From: Candidatus Omnitrophota bacterium
Lineage (GTDB): Bacteria; Omnitrophota; Gorgyraeia; Duberdicusellales; 4484-171
Direction: 5' to 3'
DNA: 64,000 nt
Assembly (NCBI GenBank): GCA_037146775.1
Contig: JBAWWL010000002.1
Coordinates: 262,554-326,553, forward strand
In this document: in pieces, positions 18,182-28,352 of the stretch
Layout of the letters: the number at the start of each line of letters is the position of its first letter
Position numbering within the stretch: position 1 is the first letter of the stretch
Notes under the pieces: model-generated
The model's input: only the letters and a program-made list of their open reading frames with translations
Database searches by the model: none
What the model was told of the DNA's origin: nothing
Position numbers and translations under genes: made by a program

Positions 18182-20073
18182 TAGGGTTTATTAATTCGAA
18201 GAGATTGGCTTCTGTCGAGGCGGTAGGAATACTTCAAAAAATGGCCGATGAGATCAATTATCGCGGTCCTGATGATGATGGTTATTTTGCCGATGCTACT
18301 ATGTGCCTAGGGATGAAGCGGCTATCTATTATTGATTTAAAAAGCGGCCATCAGCCGATGTTTACAGATAGCGGCAGTATTGTCATAGTTTATAATGGCG
18401 AGGTATATAATTTTAAGGAACTACGTGTCGAGCTTGAGGCAAAGGGAACATGTTTTAGAACGACGAGCGATACAGAAGTGGTCTTAAAGATGTATGAGCA
18501 TTACGGAATAGATTCATTTACGAGATTGAACGGTATGTTTGCTCTTGCTGTGTATGATAAACTTAGTCAAAAACTTGTACTTTGCCGTGATCCAATAGGC
18601 ATAAAGCCACTCTATTACTTTTGGGATGGTTATTCTTTTATGTTTGCCTCAGAAATAAAAGCGATACTTAAACATCCCATGGCGGCGTCAAGAAAGGTGA
18701 ATTTATCCGCAGTGTGGGATTACCTTACTTATGAGTATGTGCCTGCTCCAAAGACGATATTTGATAATATCTATAAGCTCTTGCCTGGACATTTCATTGA
18801 AATTAATTTGAAGGATTTAGCGTTTAACGTTGTAAAGTATTGGGATTTTCCGTTAACACACAATGATAATATAAGTGAAGAGGAATGTAATGAGCGTTTC
18901 GGTTCTCTTTTTGTAGATGCAGTAAATCGCCAAATGGTTGCGGATGTTCCGGTGGGTATTTTCTTAAGTGGCGGCTTAGACTCAAGTGCGGTGACGCTTG
19001 TTGCGTCCCAGTTGAGCGCTACACGTATAAAAACTTTTTGCGTGGGATTCGAAGAAGGCACGCTTACCGATGAAGCTGCATACGCTCGGGAGGTGGCAGG
19101 TTTTTTGGGAACGGATCATAAGGAGTTCATTGCTAACTCAAAAGAATTTTTTAAATTCATTCCGGAATTTGTTTACCTGATGGACGAACCAAACGCGGAT
19201 ATGGCGACTATAGGCAAATACTTTGCTTGTAAGCTTGCCTCCGAACACGTTAAGGTGGTTTTGTCTGGTGACGGTGGCGATGAGATGCTTTGCGGTTACC
19301 GGTTCAATGAGGCAATGCAGCGTATGAGAGAACAGGAGTGTTTACAGAAATTACCACGAAAGTTGGTTAAAGATTCCCCTTTATCGCTATTTAAGCTTAT
19401 GGGGAGAGAAGATTTATACAGGCGTTGGGAAAGAATGTTTATTCCTTTAAGACAAAGAGGACAATTTGCTTTACCTAGCATGACAAAGCGGTTTACTGAG
19501 AACGATAAAAAAGAACTTTTTAAAGAAATACCAAGTGGGGTTCGAGATAGTTTAAAAATTCTTTCTGAAGATTTCAAAAAAGCCGAAACCTTAGATCCGC
19601 TTACACAGATTCAGTATGCTTGGAGTAAGCAGTGGTTGGCAGAGCATTTATTAATGGAAGCGGACAGAATGAGCATGGCCGTATCATTAGAATTAAGGGT
19701 TCCTTTTTTAGATGTTGAGCTAGTAAAATTTCTATTTTCTGTTCCCGATAAATTGAAGGTGCGTAAAGTTAAGGGCAGATATCAGACAAAATATTTATTA
19801 CGACAATTTCTTAAGGGGCGTGTGCCTCGTTCAGTGCTTACGCGGCCAAAAAGAGGCTTCCAGGTGCCGAATATTCGGTTTGTCCGAAACGATTTGGCAA
19901 GTCATATTTCGGATGTTCTTCTTGATTCTGATTCCCGAGTTGCCGCGTTAATGAATAGAGACGTGGTTATGCAATGGATAAAACGTTCATATTCTGACGC
20001 GTATGGTATGGCGTATCAAAAGGTATGGATATTATATATTCTTGAGATATGGTTGCGTCAGTGGTGCCAATGA
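18169..20073 (+). CDS. asnB: asparagine synthase (glutamine-hydrolysing)-type amidotransferase
   Basis: MCGIVGF Ntn nucleophile Cys2, SGGLDSS PP-loop; 634 aa. Confidence 0.85.
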   Translation: MCGIVGFINSKRLASVEAVGILQKMADEINYRGPDDDGYFADATMCLGMKRLSIIDLKSGHQPMFTDSGSIVIVYNGEVYNFKELRVELEAKGTCFRTTSDTEVVLKMYEHYGIDSFTRLNGMFALAVYDKLSQKLVLCRDPIGIKPLYYFWDGYSFMFASEIKAILKHPMAASRKVNLSAVWDYLTYEYVPAPKTIFDNIYKLLPGHFIEINLKDLAFNVVKYWDFPLTHNDNISEEECNERFGSLFVDAVNRQMVADVPVGIFLSGGLDSSAVTLVASQLSATRIKTFCVGFEEGTLTDEAAYAREVAGFLGTDHKEFIANSKEFFKFIPEFVYLMDEPNADMATIGKYFACKLASEHVKVVLSGDGGDEMLCGYRFNEAMQRMREQECLQKLPRKLVKDSPLSLFKLMGREDLYRRWERMFIPLRQRGQFALPSMTKRFTENDKKELFKEIPSGVRDSLKILSEDFKKAETLDPLTQIQYAWSKQWLAEHLLMEADRMSMAVSLELRVPFLDVELVKFLFSVPDKLKVRKVKGRYQTKYLLRQFLKGRVPRSVLTRPKRGFQVPNIRFVRNDLASHISDVLLDSDSRVAALMNRDVVMQWIKRSYSDAYGMAYQKVWILYILEIWLRQWCQ

Positions 20074-20074
20074 C

Positions 20075-20824
20075 ATGATGAGTGAGCCAAAGTATACTGA
20101 TAATTTCTATCAAGACCTGATTAATAGTTCTCATAAGTCTGCCGCTAAGATTGTTCCTCTAGTTATGGATTTAGTTGCGCCAAAGTCGGTTGTCGATGTG
20201 GGATGTGGGGTTGGAGTGTGGTTATCTATCTTTCGCAAACATGGCGTGGAAGACTTTTTGGGTATAGATGGCTCATGGGTTAATAAAAAGTACCTCCAGA
20301 TTCCCGCCGACAGGTTTTTAGCTCACGATTTAAGGTTACCTCTCACAGTTAACAGAAGATTTGACCTGGTGGTGTCCCTGGAGGCTGCAGAACACGTACC
20401 GTCAGAATGTGCCGAAATTTTTATTAACAGCCTTGTTAGTTTTGGGCCAGTTGTTCTTTTCTCTGCGGCAATTCCCTCGCAGGGAGGCATAGGTCACATT
20501 AATGAACAATGGCCTGATTATTGGGCGAAATACTTTCGTATAAAGGGGTATGTCGTTGTTGATTATTTACGAGGGGCAATTTGGAATGAGAAGGTTTCGC
20601 CGATATACGCTCAAAATATTTTACTCTTTATTGATGAGAAATATCTTAAGGGTCAGCCGGCTTTAGCGGAAGCGTATAAGAAAACAGATGTTGCAACTTT
20701 GTGCCGTGTGCATCCGGAATTTTATGCATATCGAATTAATCCCGAAAACATGTCGTTACGAGAATTATTGCACGCTTTTCCTGCTGTCTTAAGAGAGTAT
20801 ATAGTGCGTAAACTAAAAAGATGA
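20075..20824 (+). CDS. class I SAM-dependent methyltransferase
   Basis: VVDVGCGVGVW motif I; ATG at 20075 follows the asnB stop; the ORF-track start at 20003 is an over-extension. Confidence 0.6.
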   Translation: MMSEPKYTDNFYQDLINSSHKSAAKIVPLVMDLVAPKSVVDVGCGVGVWLSIFRKHGVEDFLGIDGSWVNKKYLQIPADRFLAHDLRLPLTVNRRFDLVVSLEAAEHVPSECAEIFINSLVSFGPVVLFSAAIPSQGGIGHINEQWPDYWAKYFRIKGYVVVDYLRGAIWNEKVSPIYAQNILLFIDEKYLKGQPALAEAYKKTDVATLCRVHPEFYAYRINPENMSLRELLHAFPAVLREYIVRKLKR

Positions 20825-21695
20825 AATATTCTTCCTTGGTTTCGGCGATACAGTATTACGGCTATCCATTCCCCAATCATTTCGGCAAATGGTGGTTGCA
20901 TGCGCGATTGCGTAAAGTTTTTAAGATTACGATTAACGAGGATATGGTGGTTGAGCGTGGTGGTTTACGTTGGATTCTTAATCCTTCTGATTATGTCCAA
21001 TCCGAACTTTTTTGGTTGGGGTTGAGGGATAGATGGAATAGCTATCATGTAAAAAATATTATTAAACCGGCAAATACTATTTTAGATATTGGTGCTAATT
21101 TTGGTTATTATTCTATCATTTGTGCATCTTCTTTGAAAGGGAACTGCCGAGTTTATGCTTTCGAGCCCAATTCACCTTCGTTTAATCGTCTGAAGAAGAA
21201 CATTGAGCTCAACTCTCTGGAGGGTTCTGTTACGGCCGCATGTGTGTAGGTTTTGCAAATACCAACTCAACAGCATATATATCTGAGCCAGTTGGTAATA
21301 GCGGAGCGGCAATCATTGTTAATAAGAAAGGAGATAGAAGTGTTACGCTTTATAGGCTGGATGATTTTTGTTGCGATAGGAAAATCGATAAGATAGATTT
21401 TTTGAAAATTGATGTTGAAGGTTTTGAGCGATATGTTTTAGAGGGAGGGAAAGAAACATTAAAAAAATCCAGACCGGTGATGTTAATTGAATTAAATCCT
21501 GTCGCATTGGCAAAAAATAGCCAGTCGGTCCTTGAGCTCGTTGAGTTTATAAAACATAATGGATATGTATTATATGAGGTAATGAGGACAAAACTTAAAT
21601 TACTCACGCATCTGCCCGGCGGTGAAGATCATATAGATGCGTTTTGTTTTCCCAGGGAAAAGATAGAGCCATTTAAAAAAGAAGGTGTAATATGA
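20821..21695 (+). pseudogene. FkbM-family methyltransferase, split by a frameshift at a (TG)n run
   Basis: The first ORF, ending at 21249, has ILDIGANFGYYSII; the second, starting at 21240, has IDFLKIDVEGFERYVLEGG; together they make about 290 aa, typical for FkbM. The break lies in tgtgtgt at 21241-21247. Confidence 0.55.
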
Positions 21696-22414
21696 AAAAC
21701 AAAACTTTTGTGCAGAAAGTGAAAAATGGTCAGCCGCCGTTTTATTCTCTTATTAAATCTGCAGTTTTATTTATTTTAAACTTCAGGATTCCTTTGTTCT
21801 GGCCGCTGACATGGTTTTATAGAGCATTGTATTTCTTTCATGTCTTTCTGAGAGAGTCCGTGGTAGTTCTCTTAAAAATAATTTATTTTGAGCCAATGAT
21901 TCGGGCTGTATGTGTCAAGGTTGGTCGAAACTTACGTTTAGAAAAGTTGCCGTATATAGTGGGCAATGGTTCAATTGAACTTGGCGATAATGTACGTATC
22001 TCCGGCCGTATAGACATCGGTTTTAATAATCGTTTTGGGCACACGCCTCAATTTATCGTAGGAAACAATGTTTTTATCGGGTGCCTCTGTGGTTTTGCTG
22101 CAGCAAAGAAAATAGAAATTGGTAATAACTGCTATCTTGCTTCAGGGGTTAAGATTTTTGATAATGACGGGCATCCTTTAGATCCCCAAAAGAGAAGACA
22201 GGGTGAACCCGTATCTATTGAAGACGTACAATCGGTAAAGTTATGCGATAATGTTTGGGTTGGAACAGGAGGGGTTATTCTAAAAGGAGTTACTATAGGA
22301 GAGAATTCAGTTGTAGGTGCCGGTTCCATTATCACTAAAGATGTCCCGGCAAATACTATCGTTGCTGGTAACCCCGCAAGAATCATAAAGGTAATTAACC
22401 AAGATGCTTCGTAA
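21692..22414 (+). CDS. hexapeptide-repeat (LbH) acyl/acetyltransferase
   Basis: NVWVGTGGVILKGVTIGENSVVGAGSIITKDVPANTIVAGNPARIIK are hexapeptide repeats. Confidence 0.7.
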   Translation: MKNKTFVQKVKNGQPPFYSLIKSAVLFILNFRIPLFWPLTWFYRALYFFHVFLRESVVVLLKIIYFEPMIRAVCVKVGRNLRLEKLPYIVGNGSIELGDNVRISGRIDIGFNNRFGHTPQFIVGNNVFIGCLCGFAAAKKIEIGNNCYLASGVKIFDNDGHPLDPQKRRQGEPVSIEDVQSVKLCDNVWVGTGGVILKGVTIGENSVVGAGSIITKDVPANTIVAGNPARIIKVINQDAS

Positions 22415-23600
22415 TAGAAATATAATATACTTTTCAAATGATTGGAATACGGATCACAAGGTAAGCAGCCATCATATTGCTAAAGAACTTCTAAAGAATA
22501 ACAGGCTTATTTATGTAGAGACAGGAGGAATGCGTAAACCGAAGGCTTCTTCAAGAGACTTGAGACGCATATTTTTTCGATTAGTTTCTTGGTTACGAGG
22601 AATTCAAAAAATAGACGATAACCTATACATTTACCCGCTTATTATTTTTCCTTTTCATCAAAAATTGGCTCGCAGCCTAAATATATATTTGAATGTTTTT
22701 ATCTTGCGTAGAGCTATTAAGAAGTATAAATTTAAAGACCCAATTCTTTGGTTTGTAACCCCACATGTTTCTTATCTCGCCAATTACCTTCCTAAAAAAT
22801 TTACGGTATATTATTCAACAGATAATGTTTCTCTGGCGCCAGGGGTTGATCAAAAGGCTATTGAATGCTTGGAAAATGATTTATTGCATAAAGCTGATGT
22901 GGTTTTTGGTACCTCAGAATATTTATGTGATAGGTTAAGAAAAAAGAATATCAATCATCATATTTTTTATTCTCCCCAGGCAGTTAATGTAGAACATTTT
23001 TCCAGCGTTCAAAAAAATAATACTTCTCTTGCCGAGGAGATTAAAAATTTGAAGAAACCCGTAATTGGCTATATCGGGCTGATAGAAGAATGGATTGATT
23101 TAGATTTAATTGGGTATATTGCGAAATCGCGGCCAGAATGGTCAATAGCGCTAATTGGTAGAGTAGCTGTTTCTGTAGAAAATCTTAAGCGATTTGCCAA
23201 TATAAAATTTCTCGGAATTAAACAATACGAAGATTTACCTTCTTATTTAAAAGGATTTGATGTTTGTATTTCGCCGTTTAAGATTAATGAATTCACCAAA
23301 GGGGTCAACCCGATCAAGATAAAAGAATATTTGGCTTCAGGAAAGCCGGTAGTTTCAACACACCTTCCGGAGATGGAGAGGTTTAAAGATTTTATTGAGA
23401 TAGCAGATTCATATGAAGACTTTGTTCAAAAGATTGACCAATTTTTAAGCTATGATGATAGTGGTAAAATTACCAAAAGGATGGAATCGGTAAAAAATGA
23501 TAACTGGCAGAATCGGGCAGAAAAGATTTCAGAAATTATTGAAGAAATAGAGAGACTTACTATAAACAGACAATATTTATCAAAAGATTCCAGTGATTAG
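22404..23600 (+). CDS. glycosyltransferase, GT-B fold (GT1-like)
   Basis: C-terminal GYIGLIEEWIDLDLI...KFLGIKQYEDLPSYLKGFDVCISPF...IKEYLASGKPVVST; weak. Confidence 0.5.
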   Translation: MLRNRNIIYFSNDWNTDHKVSSHHIAKELLKNNRLIYVETGGMRKPKASSRDLRRIFFRLVSWLRGIQKIDDNLYIYPLIIFPFHQKLARSLNIYLNVFILRRAIKKYKFKDPILWFVTPHVSYLANYLPKKFTVYYSTDNVSLAPGVDQKAIECLENDLLHKADVVFGTSEYLCDRLRKKNINHHIFYSPQAVNVEHFSSVQKNNTSLAEEIKNLKKPVIGYIGLIEEWIDLDLIGYIAKSRPEWSIALIGRVAVSVENLKRFANIKFLGIKQYEDLPSYLKGFDVCISPFKINEFTKGVNPIKIKEYLASGKPVVSTHLPEMERFKDFIEIADSYEDFVQKIDQFLSYDDSGKITKRMESVKNDNWQNRAEKISEIIEEIERLTINRQYLSKDSSD

Positions 23601-23674
23601 ATTTAGATTGCAGTGATTAAAAATCACCGTAATCATCCCATAATCGCTGTAATCATTTTATAAGAGGGGGCTAA

Positions 23675-24802
23675 ATGTCAATTAAAGTTATTAACGTCGT
23701 AGGCACAAGGCCAAATTATATGAAAATGGCTCCTTTGATAGAGGAGATGAAGAAATACCCTCGCGATTTTTCCCCCCTTCTGGTTCATACTGGTCAGCAT
23801 TACGATAAAGAAATGTGTCATCTATTTTTCGATGATTTAAAAATGGCCCAGCCGGATATAAATTTAGAAGTTGGTTCAGGTAGCCATGCGCAGCAAACTG
23901 CAGCTATTATGGTGAAATTTGAGAGGGTTCTAATGAGCTACAAGCCGGATTTAGTTATGGTGGTTGGCGATGTGAATTCAGCTTTTGCCTGTGCGCTCGT
24001 AGCAAGGAAAATGCGCATAAAAGTTGCACACGTAGAAGCAGGATTGAGAAGCTTTGACGAACGAATGCCTGAGGAAATAAACCGGCGCATGATTGACGCC
24101 ATGTCTGAATACTTATTTACTACCTCCGATGATGATAATCGAAATCTGCTAAATGAGGCAATTCCCAGAAAAAAAATATATTTTGTCGGAAATATCATGA
24201 TTCAGACTCTTCTTAAATTTAAAGAGTTAGCTCAAAAAAGGAAAATTCTACAAGATTTTAAACTTAAACCCAAAGAATTTGCGTTAGTAACTATGCATAG
24301 GCCGGAAAATGTCGATCAAGAATCAACATTTTTGCCTATACTTAAAGCTTTGCGCAAAATTTCTAAAAAATTGCCTATTATATTTCCGGCGCATCCCCGT
24401 ACAATAGAGAAAATTAAGGTTTTAAAAATAGAAAGATGTTTTCAAGAGATAAAAGAATATAATATTAATAATCCAAGAGGCATTTTTATTTTGCCTCCCT
24501 TGGGATATCTTGATTTTGTCAATTTAATGTCGAATTGCCGGTTTATTTTAACTGATTCCGGCGGGATACAGGAAGAGGCAACGCTGCTTAGGGTTCCTTG
24601 TTTTACGCTTCGAGATAATACTGAAAGGCCCATTACTATTCGATGCGGAGGTAATATACTTGTCGGCACAAAAGAGCAGCGCATTGTCCAGATTGTAAGC
24701 AAGGCTATGGGGAAAGGCTGGCGTAAGGTCAAACTTCCTAAATATTGGGATAACCAGGTGGCAAAGAGAATAGTAAGTATTTTGAGGCAAGAATTAACAT
24801 AA
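23675..24802 (+). CDS. wecB: UDP-N-acetylglucosamine 2-epimerase (non-hydrolysing)
   Basis: MSIKVINVVGTRPNYMKMAPLIEEM, HVEAGLRSFD, PEEINRR are conserved blocks. Confidence 0.85.
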   Translation: MSIKVINVVGTRPNYMKMAPLIEEMKKYPRDFSPLLVHTGQHYDKEMCHLFFDDLKMAQPDINLEVGSGSHAQQTAAIMVKFERVLMSYKPDLVMVVGDVNSAFACALVARKMRIKVAHVEAGLRSFDERMPEEINRRMIDAMSEYLFTTSDDDNRNLLNEAIPRKKIYFVGNIMIQTLLKFKELAQKRKILQDFKLKPKEFALVTMHRPENVDQESTFLPILKALRKISKKLPIIFPAHPRTIEKIKVLKIERCFQEIKEYNINNPRGIFILPPLGYLDFVNLMSNCRFILTDSGGIQEEATLLRVPCFTLRDNTERPITIRCGGNILVGTKEQRIVQIVSKAMGKGWRKVKLPKYWDNQVAKRIVSILRQELT

Positions 24803-24826
24803 GGGTTTTATCGGGGATGAGCTGAA

Positions 24827-25942
24827 ATGGATAGTATATTTAAGAAAAAATTAAAAAAAGTAGCCAAAACTTTGATTGTTCCTTTTGAAAAAGCTTTCGG
24901 CGGGCTTTTGCATGATAAGCGCTTTCTTACGCTTTATATGGACTTAAACAATAAATGTAATTTAAAATGTACGATGTGCCACTTCAACGCCAATTTAGAT
25001 AACGAACCCGTAGTGATTATGAGTTTAGAGTTATTTGAAAAAATCGCTAAAGAAGTTTTCCCTAAAACACGCAGGCTTCATTTATCCTGTTCCGCCGAAC
25101 CCCTGATAATCCCAGATTTTTTTAAGTATCTTAAGATCGTAAGCAAATATTCTATTCCCCATACTAAGATTTCTACTAATGGTTTGCTTCTTACTGAAGG
25201 AATGAGTTTAGCCATTATAGAGGCGAACATTACCCAGGTAGGAGTATCAATAGATGGGGCAACTAAGGAAACCTATGAAAAAGTGAGAAAGGGCAGTAAT
25301 TTTGAGAAAGTAATAGAAAATATTGTTTTGCTGCAGAGCCTTAAAAGAAAGCTAAAAAAGAATAAGCCTTTGCTTACCTTTAGCTTTACTCTTATGCGTT
25401 CAAACATTCATGAATTACTCCAGTTTGTAAGATTGGCTAAAAAATTAGAAGCTGACCTTATTCAGGTAACTCATTTAATTCCTTTTAAAAGTTTAGATAT
25501 TATGAGCGAATCTCTTGTAAATTATAAAAAGGAAACTAATGAAATTTTAAATGAAGCAGAGTCTCTCGCAAAAAGCATCAAAATCGCTCTTGAACTGCCT
25601 TCCAGGTTTAGTTTAAATAAAGCAAAGGATACACAACTTTTATTTAACAAGCCTGATTGTCGAGTGCTTTATAATTCGATGTATATAATTTCCGACGGCC
25701 GAGTTGTCCCTTGCACGTGGTTTTCTTTGAAAGAATATTGCGTGGGTGATTTTAAAAAAGAGAATTTTCAAGAAATATGGAATGGCGAAGTTTATGGGAG
25801 GCTTCGCAGGCAATGGCGCAATAGAACATATCCTGAATACTGTCGGAATTGCCCTGTTTGGGGCAGCGAGAGTATTGATAATTATGTTTTTCAGGAGAAA
25901 GAGAGGAAAGACGTTCTTAATATTTCTTCGGTTGGCGTTTAG
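24827..25942 (+). CDS. radical SAM protein with C-terminal SPASM-like Cys-rich domain
   Basis: CNLKCTMCHF is a Cx3Cx2C motif; the C-terminus has CTWF...CRNCPVWG cysteines. Confidence 0.7.
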   Translation: MDSIFKKKLKKVAKTLIVPFEKAFGGLLHDKRFLTLYMDLNNKCNLKCTMCHFNANLDNEPVVIMSLELFEKIAKEVFPKTRRLHLSCSAEPLIIPDFFKYLKIVSKYSIPHTKISTNGLLLTEGMSLAIIEANITQVGVSIDGATKETYEKVRKGSNFEKVIENIVLLQSLKRKLKKNKPLLTFSFTLMRSNIHELLQFVRLAKKLEADLIQVTHLIPFKSLDIMSESLVNYKKETNEILNEAESLAKSIKIALELPSRFSLNKAKDTQLLFNKPDCRVLYNSMYIISDGRVVPCTWFSLKEYCVGDFKKENFQEIWNGEVYGRLRRQWRNRTYPEYCRNCPVWGSESIDNYVFQEKERKDVLNISSVGV

Positions 25943-26016
25943 TAATGTCGGGTGCAAGATAGGCTAAATTATTAACAACATAAATTCGAAAACGAAAGAA
26001 GAAATAAGTGATTTAA

Positions 26017-26439
26017 ATGGCTAAAGAGATAAAGTCGGAAGGTCTGGAATATATATCTCATAAAGGGAAATTAATTTGCATTATTGTAAGAAATTCTTAC
26101 TGTAATAATAAAGTTATTTTTTTTACCCCCCAGAGTTTTTCGCAGCAACTTGGTTTTTTGCCCCACAAAAAAGGCGATTTCATTAAGCCGCATAAACATA
26201 AGCTTCACAAAAGGGAGATCTTCTACACCCAGGAAGTTTTGTGGGTTAAAAAGGGCAAAGTCAGAGTTGATTTATATAGCGAAGAAGAGAAATTCTTATG
26301 TTCGGAAGTCTTAATAAAAGGGGAAATAATTCTTCTTTGCGGCGGTGGGCATGGTGTCGAAGTTCTTGAGGATTCAGTGATGATTGAAGTAAAGCAGGGG
26401 CCCTACAAAGGGCCGGAAGATAAGCAATTTCTTAGGTAA
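26017..26439 (+). CDS. cupin-fold protein, possibly sugar 3,4-ketoisomerase (WxcM/FdtA-like)
   Basis: 140 aa with a His cluster (PHKKGDFIKPHKHKLHKRE); sits directly upstream of the DegT aminotransferase. Confidence 0.35.
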   Translation: MAKEIKSEGLEYISHKGKLICIIVRNSYCNNKVIFFTPQSFSQQLGFLPHKKGDFIKPHKHKLHKREIFYTQEVLWVKKGKVRVDLYSEEEKFLCSEVLIKGEIILLCGGGHGVEVLEDSVMIEVKQGPYKGPEDKQFLR

Positions 26440-26444
26440 AAATA

Positions 26445-27578
26445 ATGAAAACGATACCGGTAAGCGAACCGCTGATACTGGGGAAAGAGCTTAAGTATGC
26501 GCAACAGGCAATTGAATCAGGCTGGATTTCTTCTGAGGGAGAATTTATAAATAGATTTGAAAAAGATTTTGCGCAATATATTGGGAAAAAATATGCTGTT
26601 GCGGTAAATAATGGCACTAATGCTCTCATCTTGGCCTTACGGGTATTAGACCTTCCTAAGGAAAGCGAAGTAATTATCCCTACCTTTACTATAATTTCAT
26701 GTGCGCTTTCTTGCATATATAATAACTTAATTCCAGTATTTATAGATTGCGATAAAAGAACGCAGACCATGGACGTTTCTAAGATTGAAGAGAGGATAAG
26801 CAAAAAGACCAAAGCAATAATGCCGGTACATATATACGGCCATCCGGCTGATATGAATATGGTTTTAAAGGTTGCTAAAAAACATAACCTTTGTGTAATT
26901 GAGGATTTCGCTGAGGCCATTGGTTCGTTATATAAAGGCAGAAAATGTGGTAGCTTCGGAGACATAAATTGCACAAGTTTTTACGGTAATAAGCTTATCA
27001 CGACAGGCGAAGGCGGAATGTGTTTAACCGATAACAAAATCTTTGCGGAGAAACTGAGGAGATTGCGCAATTTAGGTTTTATCCCCCAAGAGAGGTTCGT
27101 TCACTATGATTTGGGCTTTAATTTTAGGATAACGAATGTCCAGTCCGCCATAGGTTGCGCTCAGTTAGAGAGAATAGAGGAGCATGTTAAAAGGAAAGTA
27201 TGGATAGCCAACACATACAACCGGGCATTAAACAAATTGCAGCAAAAAGGCTTTATAAGCTTACCTGTCGAAGAAACTTGGGCTAAAAATACTTATTGGA
27301 TGTATACGATAGTATTGAATGAAAAATTTGGAGTAAAAGCAAAAGAAGTGATAGGGAAATTGAGGAAGAAAAATATTCAGGCAAGGCCATTCTTTTATCC
27401 TTTACATCTTCAGCCTGCTTTTAAGAAATTGCCTTGGTATAAAAAAGAAAATCTTCCGGTAAGTGAGAAATTATATGAATATGGTTTTTATCTTCCTTCG
27501 GGATTAACCCTCAAAAAAGAAGATATAGGAAGGGTTTCGTTTGCCCTAGAAGAGGTTTTACATGGTTTTTGCAAGTGA
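26445..27578 (+). CDS. DegT/DnrJ/EryC1/StrS-family PLP-dependent sugar aminotransferase
   Basis: GWISSEGEFINRFEKDFAQYIGKKYAVAVNNGTNAL...FYGNKLITTGEGG (the Lys in NK is the PLP-binding lysine). Confidence 0.8.
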   Translation: MKTIPVSEPLILGKELKYAQQAIESGWISSEGEFINRFEKDFAQYIGKKYAVAVNNGTNALILALRVLDLPKESEVIIPTFTIISCALSCIYNNLIPVFIDCDKRTQTMDVSKIEERISKKTKAIMPVHIYGHPADMNMVLKVAKKHNLCVIEDFAEAIGSLYKGRKCGSFGDINCTSFYGNKLITTGEGGMCLTDNKIFAEKLRRLRNLGFIPQERFVHYDLGFNFRITNVQSAIGCAQLERIEEHVKRKVWIANTYNRALNKLQQKGFISLPVEETWAKNTYWMYTIVLNEKFGVKAKEVIGKLRKKNIQARPFFYPLHLQPAFKKLPWYKKENLPVSEKLYEYGFYLPSGLTLKKEDIGRVSFALEEVLHGFCK

Positions 27579-28320
27579 ATACGCTTTGGTTTACGATACC
27601 CTTTATCGCGACAAAGATTACAAAAAAGAAAGTGAGTTTATTGAAAATATTTTTAGAAAGCTTAAGCTTACTCCAAAAACCATCCTTGACCTTGGTTGCG
27701 GAACGGCAAGCCATGCGATTTCTTTAGCCAGAAGAGGTTATGAGGTAGTTGGCGTGGATAAATCCGCGCAAATGCTTAAAATTGCGAAAGAAAAAGCAAA
27801 AAAGGCTAGAGTTTCTATTGAGTTCATTAAAGAAGATATAACAAAATTAAACTTACAGAAAAAATTCGATGCAATAGTCGCTATGTTCGCTGTCGTTGGT
27901 TATCAAGCGACCGATTCCGCATTAAAAAAAACATTCGATACGGCGCATAAACATCTTGTCCCTGGCGGTATATTTATATTTGATTGTTGGTATGGCCCGG
28001 CTGTTTTAACGGATAAACCTCGCGAATGCATTAAGGAAATTGTTACCGCTAACGGAGAAAAGATAGTCAGATTTACTACCCCTGAGTTTGAAATCTTAAG
28101 AAATATCGTAAAAGTTAATTTTAAAGTGCAAAGATTCAAAGGGGCTAAAATTATAGCGGAAACAAAAGAAAGCCATTTAATGCGTTTTCTATTTGCTGAT
28201 GAGATTGTACACTTTTTAAAAAGAGCAGGCTTTAAAAGTGTGCAATTGCACCCCTTTTTAAATCTTGATAAGGCCATATCAGAGGAAGACCGGAATGTAA
28301 CGGTAGTTGCTCGCGCGTAA
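27562..28320 (+). CDS. class I SAM-dependent methyltransferase
   Basis: ILDLGCGTASHA motif I. Confidence 0.65.
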   Translation: MVFASEYALVYDTLYRDKDYKKESEFIENIFRKLKLTPKTILDLGCGTASHAISLARRGYEVVGVDKSAQMLKIAKEKAKKARVSIEFIKEDITKLNLQKKFDAIVAMFAVVGYQATDSALKKTFDTAHKHLVPGGIFIFDCWYGPAVLTDKPRECIKEIVTANGEKIVRFTTPEFEILRNIVKVNFKVQRFKGAKIIAETKESHLMRFLFADEIVHFLKRAGFKSVQLHPFLNLDKAISEEDRNVTVVARA

Positions 28321-28352
28321 CTTTGGAAATTTTTCAAAACCCTGCTTAATTT

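Noticed and set aside
20003-20074. N-terminal extensions in the ORF track (also 2081-2107, 31921-31986, 42496-42519 and 56682-56801)
   Set aside because: The extensions overlap upstream genes or repeat elements and lack RBSs. Internal ATGs with RBSs, or positions immediately after the upstream stop, give the conserved N-termini, so the coordinates were trimmed.
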